A DNA stretch of 64,000 bases from Vermamoeba vermiformis (lineage: Eukaryota): contig JBEWZL010000084.1 in NCBI GenBank assembly GCA_045837725.1, positions 496,001 to 560,000 on the forward strand. The letters run 5' to 3'. The position numbers were made by a program, and so were the translations under genes. Below are positions 38,752 through 51,009 of this stretch, piece by piece. Numbering within the stretch: position 1 is the first letter of the stretch; each line of letters begins with the position of its first letter. The notes beneath the pieces are model-generated. The model saw only the letters and a list, made by a program, of their open reading frames with translations. It did not search any database and had not been told where the DNA came from.

Positions 38752-39949
38752 TGATGCAGAACAGCTGGTGAGGCACGTCAGTTAGTACGGTGCAGCACTA
38801 AGGTCTAGATGTGTGCTTACAATTAATTCAACGAGTGCGGCAATTGAGAACAAGTGCGCTGTGTGGTCACTCGTCGCTCAATGATAACTGAAATGATCAT
38901 AATTTTGTGTCTGGAATAAAATCGCGCTGACGAGTGCTTGTCACGGTGAATTCTCGACCAGGGCTGCAATCAGTTGAGTTGTTCCGCTGCTGCGTGCACA
39001 TTGGTAAATTACAAGCGCGTGGCTAGCATAGGCATATATATATGTAGCTAGTGCCTAGTCGCGGGGCCCATGGATGGTGCGGGTCTGAAAGTGCTCTGTC
39101 CGCGCACCGAGCTGTCCCACTGCCGTATACTCGGATATACTGGCATCGCAGCCTCACTCGCAGCTGCGTGTCGCGAGGTGCTAGGTGTGCAGTGCGCGTG
39201 CGGGGCTGTGGTGTGCGTGTTCCGAGCAGCATCTGTGACAACTGTCTGTCGTGTTGATTGAAAGATGAGAGCTGTGCAAGCAATGGAATCTTTCCTAATA
39301 TGACCTCCAACCACATTCAATCTAGGAGCTATTCAATATGCATGCGTATCTACGATATAAATAGAAGCGGTTAGTTCCTTTGTGTCAGATCAAGATCGAA
39401 AACGGAAAATCTCAAAAATAAAAGAAAAAAATTAAATCGGATGCGGATAATTACAACCAGCAGTTGTACCGATCGTTCAAGTAAATCAATCGGCATTAAT
39501 TAATGCTGATACAAAAAACAATCAGATCAGCTTGGCAAACAAGTAAATACAAAGGCTCTCAAATTTATTCTTTTGATGCTTTTCATGAATTAGATTTTGT
39601 GAACTAAAATTGAATTGAAAGCCGTTGTAATTTAGACCGCAACCTGAGTGGCATGCCAGGTCCGTGCAGATCACGACTTACCGAGTTGCGTTGTTGGATC
39701 CAACGACAACCGCCATTAGTAACCGCACCGGACAATAGCGGAACAAATGTTACGAATTAACTGCATCAATAATAAATATTCTTCTGTTGTTTCGTTTTGA
39801 ATCACGAATTAAATGATTCAGACGCGTGTTGCGCTGACATTGTGACCACCAGCAGTCAAGTACAATACATATAGTCAATACGTTGCATATTTAGCGAGAG
39901 ATTAGCTTTGCACGGAGAATTATACCCGATCAGGCTTGATTTCGCAAAT

Positions 39950-40751
39950 TTACAGCGTTATTAGCATTACAGAATACACTACAATTACATACAATACACT
40001 CCTCCAATAATAGAGTCCCTGGTGCTTATTGTGGGCATTCGAAGTGCTGAACGGCGTCAGATTGAACGGAGCAGTAGCCACACCGTTGCAGTGCGTGGTT
40101 CTGTAATTGACGCTGCCAAAGCTCGAATACACAACGCACGTGCTGACATTGGCCTGCACTTGTTCGAAGATGTTGTAGCCACTGCACTCAAAGTCCGCAA
40201 AGTTGTAAAAGCTCGTGCCGTATTGTTGATCGCACTCGTAGAACATGAACGATTGATATGACAAATACGAGGTCTGTATGACGTAGTTGAGGCACACTCC
40301 TGTCTTGCCTGTGGATCGTGTTAGCAAAGGGTCGCTGGAGTTCTGCCAGTCAATTCAGAATTGACATTTACCAATATAAATTGTGTCGTAGAACACACCA
40401 CAATTCGAAGTATTAAACACCATATGAATATCCCATCCTGATCCTGCTCGAGCGAACGATTGTAAGTCAAATCCGTCCGTGTTGGGTGAGAAAGTTGCAT
40501 ATTGTCCGACCGATACTTGCGAGCAAGAGCGTTCCAGCAACGTCTATAATATCAATATAATATTAGTATTAATTATTCACTAATTGTAGCGTTTCTCTCA
40601 CAGATTCGGCGACCACGACACCAATCAGCGCGTGTGCCTCATCACTGCAGTCAGTCGTGTTGTAAATGCGCCACACACCGCGCACTGCACGCACTTCCAG
40701 CACGGCACTCAACAGCAACAGCGCTGTGCACAACACCGTCTGTGCTCTCAT
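39950..40751 (-). CDS. Small secreted or membrane-anchored Cys-containing protein; three exons
   Basis: Signal peptide MRAQTVLCTALLLLSAVL and a hydrophobic C-terminal tail; ORF pieces separated by GT-AG introns. Confidence 0.65.
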
Positions 40752-40991
40752 GCTGCTCGTTGGTTGAATTCTAGATACAACCGCAACGGGACCAACCCTG
40801 CGGCCCTAGCCAGGATGCATATTTAAGTCTAATATTATGCAGTATTGCCTCAGTGACTTTGGCGCGCATTGGTTCAGTGAAACACTGTCGCGCTGTTCAG
40901 CGAATGCGACCATTCAGCGATTGGGCAATAAGACTTGGGATTGCCGTTCAGTGCGTTTTCTCCTACAATACTAGAGTAAAGGAACACTGCC

Positions 40992-43116
40992 ATGGCGACA
41001 GAAGTACAAGTCGAATCGAGAATCCCCTCGTTGAAGGAAGCTTGTCTAGCTTCCATTTCCACCGATCTGCATCTGTTCAATCAGCTGAAAAAGTTACCAG
41101 CAGAGTTGCGAAGTAATATATTAGTACATGGTGCGAAAAATAAGTTGCTGAAAAAGCGCTGTATTCCCGCAGTGTAAGTCAATTTCGAAATTGAATCCAA
41201 TTCTGAATTGTAATAACTCACCGCATGCAGCACCTACTATTTGCTCGATGAAGACATGACTGAGCTCAGAATGCCCAATCTCGATGAGGTTGATGATACG
41301 TTGCTGGACTTGGGTGAGCCTATAAAACAGATTCGGAACATGAAGCTGCGTTCAAAATCACCTATATTAACAGCACCCTATTCTCAGTGTCACGTCGCTG
41401 CACACAGCTGCGTACAATCGATCTCTCCAAGTGCCTGTACTTCACGCACACAGGCCTCGCGACACTCATCGCTGCGCAGCACTCACTCACGGTACGATGC
41501 AGGAATATAATACAATACTGAATGCATATAATACTGAATGCATATAATACTACTACGAGCACAACTACTAACACCGCTGCCAGTCGCTCAACTTGAGCAA
41601 GTGTGACGCCCTCACTGATCGCGCGCTGCAGTGTTTCCGTTCAGTGAATTCGCTGCGTCACGTGCTGCTGTCGTGCTGCAAACAGATCACTGGCCAGGGC
41701 GTGCTCGATGTCGTGCGCGGGTAAGTACCACGGAGCTGTATTATATATGCATGACCGCAGACTGACCCCGCACAGCTGCGCAGACTTGGTGCAGCTCGAT
41801 GTGTCGCGCAGCATGCAGATCAGTGACAGCGCATTCGCGGAGATATGCGCCGAGATACCGCACGTGCTGCAGCTAAATTTGGAATCGACCTCCATTCAGA
41901 ACATCGCACCGGTATGGTGTCGCGTGACAAGCCAATGACAGCACTGACAGCACTATTTTTAGATCAGCACGCACTGTCAGTCACTGATCTCGCTCAATCT
42001 CGCGCTCTGCATCGGAATTACTCCGCACTCCTTCGACGAATTCATCGCGCACGTGCCCACCACTCTGCGCGTGCTCAACTTGCGCAGCTGTCGCGCCAAT
42101 GTACGAGATAGTCTTCGAGATACATATTTGCAGCTCTAACGGTGCCTTGTATTTGCAGCGCGATGCACTGTTGCAATCCTTGCCTCGTCTCGCCAAGTTG
42201 CGTGAACTGCACTTCTCAGGTGCGCAGAACAGTTGCAATGCTTAAACACGGCACTGACAGCTTGACAGGCACTGGTACCGGCACGGAGGCTGACAATCAC
42301 GTGGTGCGCGAGATTGCAGCGCAGTGCACGCGACTGCAGGTGTTGGATCTGAGTGGCTGCGTGACCATCACCGGTGCGTAGACATCTGCGTTGTATTTGC
42401 ACACATTCTCACGCTCTAACAATAGATGATGCGACACGTGCCATCGCCAAGCACGTGCGCGGACTGCACACGCTGAATCTGTCCATCTGCGTGTCCGTGC
42501 GTGACTGGCGCGTGATTGCGGAGATTGTGCGCGCCAACACAGCACTGCGCTACATTGCACTCTCGGGACTCAAGTGGTGAGTGGTGCGTAGAGGACTCGT
42601 TTCTCTCTCTATATATATCTATACTATATATCTATACACACAGTACTCACCTGCTGTCTAGTCTGAACGATGAGCTCGTGACCGTAATTGCCGAGTGCTG
42701 TCCCAATCTCGAATATGTACGTACCTCATAGATACCCCTATATATGTATATATATATACCTATATGCAACTGTCATAATAACACTCGCACAGCTCTCCCT
42801 GGCCGGTCACTCGCAGATCAGCGACGCAGCCCTCGCGCAGTTAGGACAGCACTGTCGTCAGGTGCGCGAGTTGTGGCTCAAGGGCTGCATGCACGTCACT
42901 GATGCGGGGCTCAAACACTTGGCGCACTGCAAGCAACTGCGAGGGCTCGGACTGTCGGGCATACGCGGCGTAACGGACAGTGCGCTGCAGCAGCTGTGTG
43001 CTGACTGCTGGGGACTGCGCGAGCTCGTGTTGAGTGGCTGTGTGGGTGTAACGGACCAGTGCATCGATCGGCTCAAGCAGCAGCGCGTTGCCGTGTTCAA
43101 ATCTGATCTGCTCTAA
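40992..43116 (+). CDS. Leucine-rich repeat protein (AMN1/FBXL-like, cysteine-containing LRRs); multi-exon
   Basis: IPSLKEACL N-terminus; repeated LxxLxLsgCxxiTD units such as LQVLDLSGCVTIT, VRELWLKGCMHVTD and LRELVLSGCVGVTD. Confidence 0.85.
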
Positions 43117-43445
43117 TTGCTTGTAATTGCCTTAAAATATAAATGGTGTTCTTGGATTGTAGGACCGTTACTCTTGGTGATTGTTACATAAGTATCACTA
43201 CGTGTTGCATATTAAATTGCGGTACAAATTTCGTTGTACCCTCTGTCGCGTGCGAAAAAATGCGTTATTTTTCACGAAACGCTGATCTGATTCAGTAAGG
43301 GACCACGTGCATTTGCGTTAATCAAAAATTCGTATTGTTGGTGAAGAGGTGTCATGGTAAGGTGCTTTGGTCATATAAAAGCATCTTTTCGCTTTCAGCT
43401 CGAACGGAGGACGGTGAAATAGTAGATCTCTGTTTGTTCTTGTTA

Positions 43446-43586
43446 GTTGCTCTAAATTGTGCGTACATTTAATGTTATGTAATTAAATCGACCTGAAAGT
43501 GGCGTAGCATGAAGGCAACTGAGTTGATCCGTTGCTTAACCCGCGTTAATTACATTACATTAATTGTACGCACAACTTCGAGCAAC
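43446..43586. repeat. About 41-bp imperfect inverted repeat (hairpin or MITE-like)
   Basis: GTTGCTCTAAATTGTGCGTACATTTAATGTTATGTAATTAA (43446) pairs with TTAATTACATTACATTAATTGTACGCACAACTTCGAGCAAC (about 43546-43586). Confidence 0.75.
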
Positions 43587-43739
43587 TTTATTACGCATAA
43601 GTAAATCGGTCTTAATCGCTTTGTATAGCGTCATTATTACGTACTCAAGGTGTTTGATGACCCTTGCGAATGTCGCAAAATACCGTGGCAAAGGTTCGCG
43701 TGCGCGACGAAATTAGTGTGTTTATTTTCATGAAGCCGA

Positions 43740-44162
43740 TTTTTTCGTGAAAGAGGTCAAACTTTGGTCAACGGTGCGTGTCCTTACACGTTAACCCAGG
43801 TTACGTAGATAAAGCGAGCCGAACCAAAAAGACGATTTTTTCATGAAAGAGGTCAAACTTTGGTCAAAATACCGTGTACCTACACGTGTAACCTGGACTT
43901 ACGTAGGTAAAGCGATGGGACATCTTTTAAAGCACCTTGTGCACACCACAACGAGACCAGCCAATTTTTGGCAGGACCAGTACAAAGTAAAGTACCGCTG
44001 GTCGGAGATTCCCGAAACCTAGAAAAGCGCTAAATAAATCCGCAATAGATCGCTTTCTTGCGGTATTCCAGAAGGATTCGTACAACTAACCACGGCATCT
44101 ATTAAAGCACCTTGTGCACATCACAACGAGACCAACCAATTTTTGGCAGGAGCAGTACAAAG
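43740..44162. repeat. Two pairs of 65-80-bp direct repeats
   Basis: TTTTTC(G/A)TGAAAGAGGTCAAACTTTGGTCAA...AAAGCGA at about 43741 and 43837; CATCT(T/A)TTAAAGCACCTTGTGCACA...CAGTACAAAG at about 43921 and 44096. Confidence 0.8.
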
Positions 44163-44876
44163 CAGGCTAATGCCTATTTACAATCAAAGAAAATAATCGG
44201 AATTGGAATTAGCGACAGCAAAACCGTAGCTTTACTTTCCTAGAACAACACTAATTGAAGGTATGCTATGTCAAGATAATTTGTTATTTGCACGACGCTA
44301 CCCATCGGGATACAAATCTCCTGGATCTTCTACAACGATGGTAGACTACCTTTGCTCACGTACAAGTTTTGTGTCGTATTCTACGCTGATCTTTAGTCGA
44401 GGGGCATTGTCGCAATTATATTCGACCAACTTAAAGAGGTTTTGTACTTGTTCCGGTACAATTTTTCGATTTGTTATTCATGAAACGATTAGTTCTGATT
44501 GTTTTCTTTGTAATGATCGCTGCTTTCATCGATTTGTGCTCTTGTGCTTGAACTTGGCATCTGCAACTTGAACGTTTGTGTAGTACTTATTTGTATTGTG
44601 GTACGCAGCCGATAAGAATATGTCTTGCTTACAGTGGCTTTGTATCAGTATTATAATAGCCTCCTAGTGATGGCGGAATCTAATCCAAGAGTATGGCTAA
44701 ATCATTCAAATGTTGGGGATGTTCGATAGATCAATCGCTGACTTGGTACTCGTTTACTTAGTTGGCACTTGGTGTTGGCGGCGCTGGTAATTCGTAGTCA
44801 TTTACTGTAAACTCAGGAGTGATTTCGAATAAAAATATTTTTATTAATTTAATTTTGTTTTTTCTGAGTGCTCAGG

Positions 44877-46219
44877 TCAGATTCTTTTGGCATTCGCTGC
44901 TTTTTTCGTAGCCACATCCGCCCAAATATACAGAAATGAGCCGACGGCTACTAATACAGTACCGACCCAATGTTGAATAGTAAAATCGAGTTGGGAATTT
45001 ACTATGCTGAGAATAAGACTCAAAAATTTTCGTGCTGTAGTAATAAAGATGCACGTCAATGTTCCTAAACTCGCCGTGATCTGTAAGCTTCAAATTGCCA
45101 AATTAGGGGGTGAAAGGTAACGTACCTGTCACATGGTGCACGCCATTAATACAGAAATATTGAGTAATACAATTGATGAAGATGTAGATCCACACTGCCA
45201 ATTTTATTCACACAAATCTCGGTTGAGAAATAATCGCTAGTGAAGCGAGTCTCTTGAGAATAGAATCACAAATTGTTGGTGATCGCTCTTCACAAAATCT
45301 CTGTCGAGAGTATTCGTAATGCTTGCAGATGTAAATTAAAAATACAATTTATTATCACACGTAATGTGAACAATAAATTCTTTTCTTCCCCTTGGTCTTT
45401 CTTCACTAATGCGGCACCCTATAAAAATTACAATTTAATTTATGGATCAAAGAAATTAAGTTTAAAATCTTACGTTTAGTTTATTTTTGTGGCAAGAATA
45501 TCCAGACCTAATATCGAATTATTGGTTAGTAAAACTAGAATTTTTTAGGTTCGAAACTTACCAAAAATATTCATATCCGCAACTTAATAGTGGAGAGTTG
45601 TGTTTTCTATTCGTAAAAAAATTATTATAACATGAGGGTTATTAATAATTAATTGAAGAAGGGCACGTGAGGAATTGTACTATTTATTTTATTAAAAAAC
45701 TTAAACAAAAATGCCGAACACTATTTAATGGGTCGCACCATGTCGGTGAGAATTTGTGAAAAAAATGAAATCTCAAAATAGGCACGTTGTGCCTATTTTT
45801 TCTCTCAGAGAGAATTTGTGAAAAAAATGAAATTTCAAAATTGGCACAACGTGCCGATTTTTTCTCTCAGCTGAGACTTTGTGAGTTGCATCGCAATGCC
45901 AAAACCGAGATAAATCTCGGTTGAGACAAAGTTTGCAGGATTCACAACTCGTGATCGAAGACTCAACCGAGATTTGCGTGAATAAAATTGGTAGTGCACG
46001 CGATTGGGACAGCAAGCGAGAGAATTGAAACTGGATCTGATGCAGTCCAAACCTTCATAACTCGGACTATACACGGTATTAACTATACGTAACGTAATCT
46101 TCAACTTACTTGATTCGTTTCCAAAGAGCATGAACATCGGCAAAGGCAGCAGATGTGTATAAAACTCCATTTCTTTGGGATGGTTGCCATACTTCTCGTT
46201 TGCTTGACCTTGCCATCTC
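44877..46219 (-). pseudogene. 3' part of an SLC35B4/YEA4-like UDP-sugar transporter gene, interrupted and 5'-truncated by CACTA-type elements
   Basis: KYGNHPKEMEFYTHLLPLP, AWIYIFINCITQYFCINGV (once the insertion is removed) and TTARKFLSLILSI...HWVGTVLVAVGSFLY match the SLC35B4 C-terminal half. Confidence 0.8.
45193..45996. mobile_element. Non-autonomous CACTA/EnSpm-type element (MITE)
   Basis: About 35-bp TIRs CACTGCCAATTTTATTCACACAAATCTCGGTTGAG ... CTCAACCGAGATTTGCGTGAATAAAATTGGTAGTG; 2-bp CA duplication on both flanks; subterminal repeats. Confidence 0.85.
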
Positions 46220-47113
46220 CGCTCCATTCTTACTCACTCAAATCTCGGTTGGGAATTAATCTCATGTGAAGCGAGTCTCGTGAGAAGAAAATCTCAAAGC
46301 ATTTGTGATAATTCACAAAATCACAACTGAGAGTAATCAAGTAATAGTAACGCACATACACCAACAATTAAAAAACTTGAGTTTATTTATTAATTGTTGT
46401 ATTACCAATATGGTACATTGCTCCTTCCTCATTGTAGTGCATTCCTTACCCTTGTGTAAAATATTAGAAAATTATTTTCAGATTGTGGCAAGTAATTTTT
46501 AAAAAATTACCTAAATATTCATCTTATGGGGCAGAAGTACATTGGATATCCTTACCTATATTATGCAATTACTTAACAATTTAATCACGTACTTAAAAAA
46601 ATTAAAACTTACATCCGTTCATCACATCCCAGGAAGCAAAGTGTTGCGTAAGAGTCTAGCATTCAAAAATTACTATATAATATAATATCAATTAATTTTA
46701 AGCACATAAGAAGCTTGTGGCTCGTGAGGAATTGTATTGCTTTATTTTAATAACTAACAGGAATAGTGTGACAAGCTATTTTAACGGTTAAAGTTATCTC
46801 AACTGAGAATATGTGATAAATATGAAATTTCTATGTCAGGCAGTGCCGACTGTTTGAGAGTTAGTGATAATTCTCAACCGAGGTTTTGTGATGGATTTGT
46901 CGCATTTCACAGCTTGCGACTGCTATCTCTACTGAGAAAATGTGATTTGAGATTTTGTGAGAATTCTCAGGTGTGATTCTCTGTGTGTGTTACATCACGA
47001 AGCAAAACCGAGATAAATCTTGGTTGAGACAGAATTATGTGCAATTCACGACTTGTGATTTGCACCTCAACCGAGATTTGTGTGAGTAAAAACGGCCAAA
47101 AAATGGCCCAGTG
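46220..47113. mobile_element. Second, more diverged copy of the same CACTA-type element
   Basis: Same end motifs (TACTCACTCAAATCTCGGTTG ... CTCAACCGAGATTTGTGTGAGTAAAA...CAGTG) and shared internal blocks such as CGTGAGGAATTGTA. A further end fragment lies at about 48345-48415. Confidence 0.7.
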
Positions 47114-48424
47114 AGTATCTGGTGGACTATTAGGCACTAAAATTTAAATATGGTACTTCCTTCTTTTTATATAGCTACAGACCAACGAGGAAAGAGATGA
47201 GAAAGCTGCCAGATTGAAACTCTCTCACAAATGGCTGGCTGGCTGACTACTCACTCAGCCAGCCAAAATCGAATGCTTTATTGACACCAGCAGAAACAAT
47301 GAAAAATATTAGCGTCATTTTGAGATATCCTCAAAAAGGAATCTATGATGACATGTTAGCACGGATCACGGATCAAGTTTGTGAATCACTTCTCCGATCC
47401 AGATGTGCCGATAAGATTAATATTTTGAATTACCATGGTTTTAAATGTGAAGTTTTTCAATCAAATTGGTGAAAAGCTGAAAGTAAGCAGGTTAGGGTTG
47501 CGGCAAATTGAAAAAATGTTAGCATAGGCACAGTTCCAGAGTCAATCCTAATGATAAATGTTATTAATAATTACTGTGTACTTTAAAAGGAGCTCTAGTA
47601 TGTTATTGCTAATACATCCACCGAGTAATGAAAAATTAAGTATAGTACTGAACCTCCCAACCCACTGGCTAAGGGTTGCTTAGTGTTAGTAATTGGTTAT
47701 TCATGCTTCACACTATTTTTTCAGTAATCACTTAGCATAACAATGGAGTTTAATAGGTCATGCTAGCTAGCTACTGTAGTTTACTTTAGTTTCAATTTAT
47801 GATTATTCAATGCCTTGTGGTGATTCGTTTGGCAGGGATGAAAAACAATAAAATAAATATTCATTCACCTCAATCACACAAGTTGTGAGCAAGAAAGGCT
47901 GGGTTATTTCAGGGTAAATATTCACGAGAGAATATATTTGAAAGTTAGTTAATTGTACAATTATAGAGGACTATGCTGGGGCTCCAGAGGCGGAGGATCG
48001 AGAACCACTACCTGTTTCCTACTACAGTTTATACTTAATTTTATCAATATTATTATTCTTTTTATTAACTTTATTATTCCACTTGTAGATCTTGCATCTT
48101 CACAGGTGCTCTGTTGGATGTGCTTGTATATGTTTGATATGGGAGGTCAGTTGTGGAGATATGGCGCATAAATTAAAAAGAAACCAGTTTACTTAACACT
48201 AGAATGACTTCCAATTGGAGGCAAGATAAATGAAAAGCCAATATCTATAATTGTGCAACTTTCATGAACGGTGACTTTTCATGAAAATATTAAATTTTAT
48301 TAAAATTACATAGTAATTCTCAATTTATGAACAAGACTCAGTACCAATCTTATTCACACAAATCTCAAGTTGAGACACCAATCACAAGTTGTGAATTGCA
48401 CATATTTCTGTTCTAACACTCTAT

Positions 48425-48762
48425 TGTAAGCTGCTGGACTGCCAATCTACTGTAATGAACTATCAAAAGCATTCAATAGAACCCTTGGTGATAATTATTC
48501 TCATTGGTTGAGATTTTGTAATGGGGCTTTTTTTGAGCCTGAATTTTTAATTTTGGATCTGTACACCCAAAAACAAGCATTCAAACCTTCAGAAAAAATG
48601 ATATCAGCATCAAGCTATCCTGGGACAATAGAAACATCTATAACAATAAGAAGAAAAATGAATCAGTGGTTTTCAGTTTTCCAAATGTGGCCAAATCTCA
48701 AAACTCTTCCTAAGTTCATGAATTGTTCACATCCACGGATTGGATGGCATTAATTGCTGAAC
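48425..48762 (+). pseudogene. Internally deleted fragment of the RAG1/Transib-like transposase
   Basis: Near-identical to about 62470-62775 plus 62905-62945 (shared GAGATTTTGTAATGGGGCTTTTTTTGAGCCTG and GTTCACATCCACGGATTGGATGGCATTAATTGC). Confidence 0.8.
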
Positions 48763-48963
48763 TCAATTACTATTATTTTTGCTCAGTCATTATCATTCAT
48801 GAGTGGCAAGATCAGGGATAACTTTCTTCGGGCTAGTCTTGAGCGGAGTTACTGAAAGGATAGCACAGTATTTGTCTAATTTTGAAAGTCAACTGTAATG
48901 CAAAAAAAGAGTATGTTTTATGTTTAAGATAATAAATTAATTAATTACCATTGAATTACACAA

Positions 48964-50469
48964 CTAATTAGTGGCAAATGTTGGTGCCACACTTTGCAGG
49001 TACTCCCATACAGACAATTGGCCATATTTTGCTGTCTGATAAAATTGCTTTACCAAGTCAGATTGGTCTTCTTCAAAGGAAGCCCCAATATCCATTAAAT
49101 GAGCAATTATAGCACGGTTGACTTCTCCAATTGTGTTAGCAAATGAGTATGGGAGCAAGGTATAGGCCATTACATCATACTGTCGAGTGAAATTGGGAGT
49201 GCTTTCTGCTAGCTGAACATCCTTTATCTTAATCTGCCCAAAATTTGGATCTTTAATAGCTTTATGAACTTCATTAGCCACTTGCTTGGACATTGCTTGG
49301 ACTGCTGCACACTCAGTTTGAAGAGTAGGCACAATGCTTGAGTGTATGCTTTCAGTCCACCTTGGAGAATTCTCAATAAAATCTACTAATGAGCACACAG
49401 TATGGAAGCCTGAGTTTAAACCTTGTCCCAGAATGGGTTGGGTGGCAGTAGCAGCATCTCCTTTAATAGAAATAAACTTGTTAATACTAAAATGCAGTAT
49501 TTCAAGGGGAATTACCAATTAGAAGTATTTTTCCGAATCCCCATGGGTCACACTTTATATCAAGCATTGGCCATCCTTGCTCCTCCCATCCTCTATTTTG
49601 CACAGCCTCGTCAAGAAGTTTTTTGTAAGAATCAAACATAGGATAGTCTGAGATTATATTTTGAACCAAGGAATTAATATTAACAGAATTCCTTTCATAT
49701 ATCATGGTAGTTCTAAGAATGAACTCATCTCCAGCTTTTCCTGGCAGTCCCAAAACACTGTAATCCTTTCCCACCCAGTAGTTGACCGCATCCATTGGAG
49801 TTCCATCTGGGATTGGCAAAGCTAATGAGATATATGATTGCTCAGAAAATTGAACCGACACATTGAAGTAAGGCCTGCAAGTTTTAGAATAGTATACAAC
49901 ACAATATGTAATTCTACCTTTTTTGCATCAATCTCCTTGTCTTGGAGTATGCTCCATCAGCAGAAAAAACAAACTGAGGGTGGAGCACAGTGCAGTTTTT
50001 CCCTTCTATGATCTCCACAATACATGGAGAGAATGAAGGTATCTTAACCTTGGCTCCAAAAGTGAATTTAACCCCAAGTTCCTTTCCCTTTTCAAACAAA
50101 GCTGCAACTATGGTGGCTCTCTCCATTGAGTACATAACTCCTCCTTTTGTGGAATAGGGATACTTTTGTGTTGGTTTATCTGCAATATGATTTATTGATG
50201 TTACTTTTACTCTAGAACAACTTACCAGAATAATGAGTTGCTCTGTGACTTAGTGGATGTGCATGTGCCTGCAGATCTTGCCATATCCCAACCATTTCCA
50301 AAGCAGTCTTTCCTTTATCAGATAGAGTAATACCTGTCGAAACAGCTGCCAATTTCAGCCTCTCTCTCTTCTCAATCACATGAGGCTTCAATCCAGCCAG
50401 AGCCAATTTGATTGCTAGGAATAATCCAACAGGTCCAGCTCCAAGCACAACAATTGTATCTTCTTCCAT
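48964..50469 (-). CDS. FAD-dependent aromatic monooxygenase, kynurenine 3-monooxygenase-like; four exons
   Basis: GAGPVG Rossmann motif, ADGAYSKTR (DG motif) and LIG|DAATATQPILGQGLNSGF (GD motif); three GT-AG introns. Confidence 0.85.
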
Positions 50470-50532
50470 AACAGTGCTGTAGCTGCTATTTTAAAAGTAA
50501 AAGTCAGATTATGTAATGACTTAATAGATATC

Positions 50533-50975
50533 CAAGACTATCACATCCAAAAAAATAATGAAAAAATAAACAAAAATTAACCACCCATCCAAATAATTCA
50601 TTCAACTCAGGATATTGACTTCTATTAAGGTATTAAGTTGGTATAAGCAAAGGCTGTATTTTACAATCAGTTAGTAAGCTATCAAATATTTAGTTGGTAA
50701 GTTGCTTTTTCACATCTGCTGATTTGAGCCAAGTGCTAAGAGGTATTATAAAATCCATTTTAGTTGAGAAGGGGCATATTTGGGATACTCCAAGTCACCA
50801 GCATTGTCTTCTGATCATATAAATCTATAATGAAGGGGCAAAGTGCCTTCTGGAGCCAGATATCTTTTGGCTGAGCAGATTGAAACAATTCTCAAAGAGT
50901 TGAAGGAAGTTGTGCAACAAGTCAATGACACGATTAAATAAGTTTTTATTTATATTTTTGGGTGTGATATTCTTG
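50533..50975. mobile_element. Short non-autonomous element bounded by inverted CACA(T/C)CCAAAAA ends
   Basis: Left end CAAGACTAT-CACATCCAAAAAAATAATG, right end TTTTTGGGTGTG-ATATTCTTG. About the first 160 bp are repeated at 54470-54632; an internal block is repeated at about 52635-52690. Confidence 0.7.
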
Positions 50976-51009
50976 ATTATTCAATTCCACTTCTGCTGTG
51001 GCCAATGGC

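Noticed and set aside
2335-41962. Recurrent CTAAAAATAG/CTATTTTTAG, resembling a MEF2 site, at 2335, 6289, 6507, 6770, 8471, 15331 and 41953
   Set aside because: Most copies coincide with 3' splice acceptors, so the splice consensus explains them and a regulatory role is unsupported.
355-43100. Many overlapping antisense or alternate-frame ORFs in the ORF track (for example 13368-14111, 28209-28895, 36848-37579)
   Set aside because: They are shadow ORFs of GC-rich coding sequence with no domain signal.
44240-44800. Possible degenerate coding remnant
   Set aside because: The frames I read on the minus strand have several stops, and the short plus-strand ORF has no recognisable motif.
47231-47265. 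TGGCTGGCTG...CAGCCAGCCA hairpin as a Helitron 3' end
   Set aside because: No CTRR terminus at the expected distance, and no Rep/helicase sequence.
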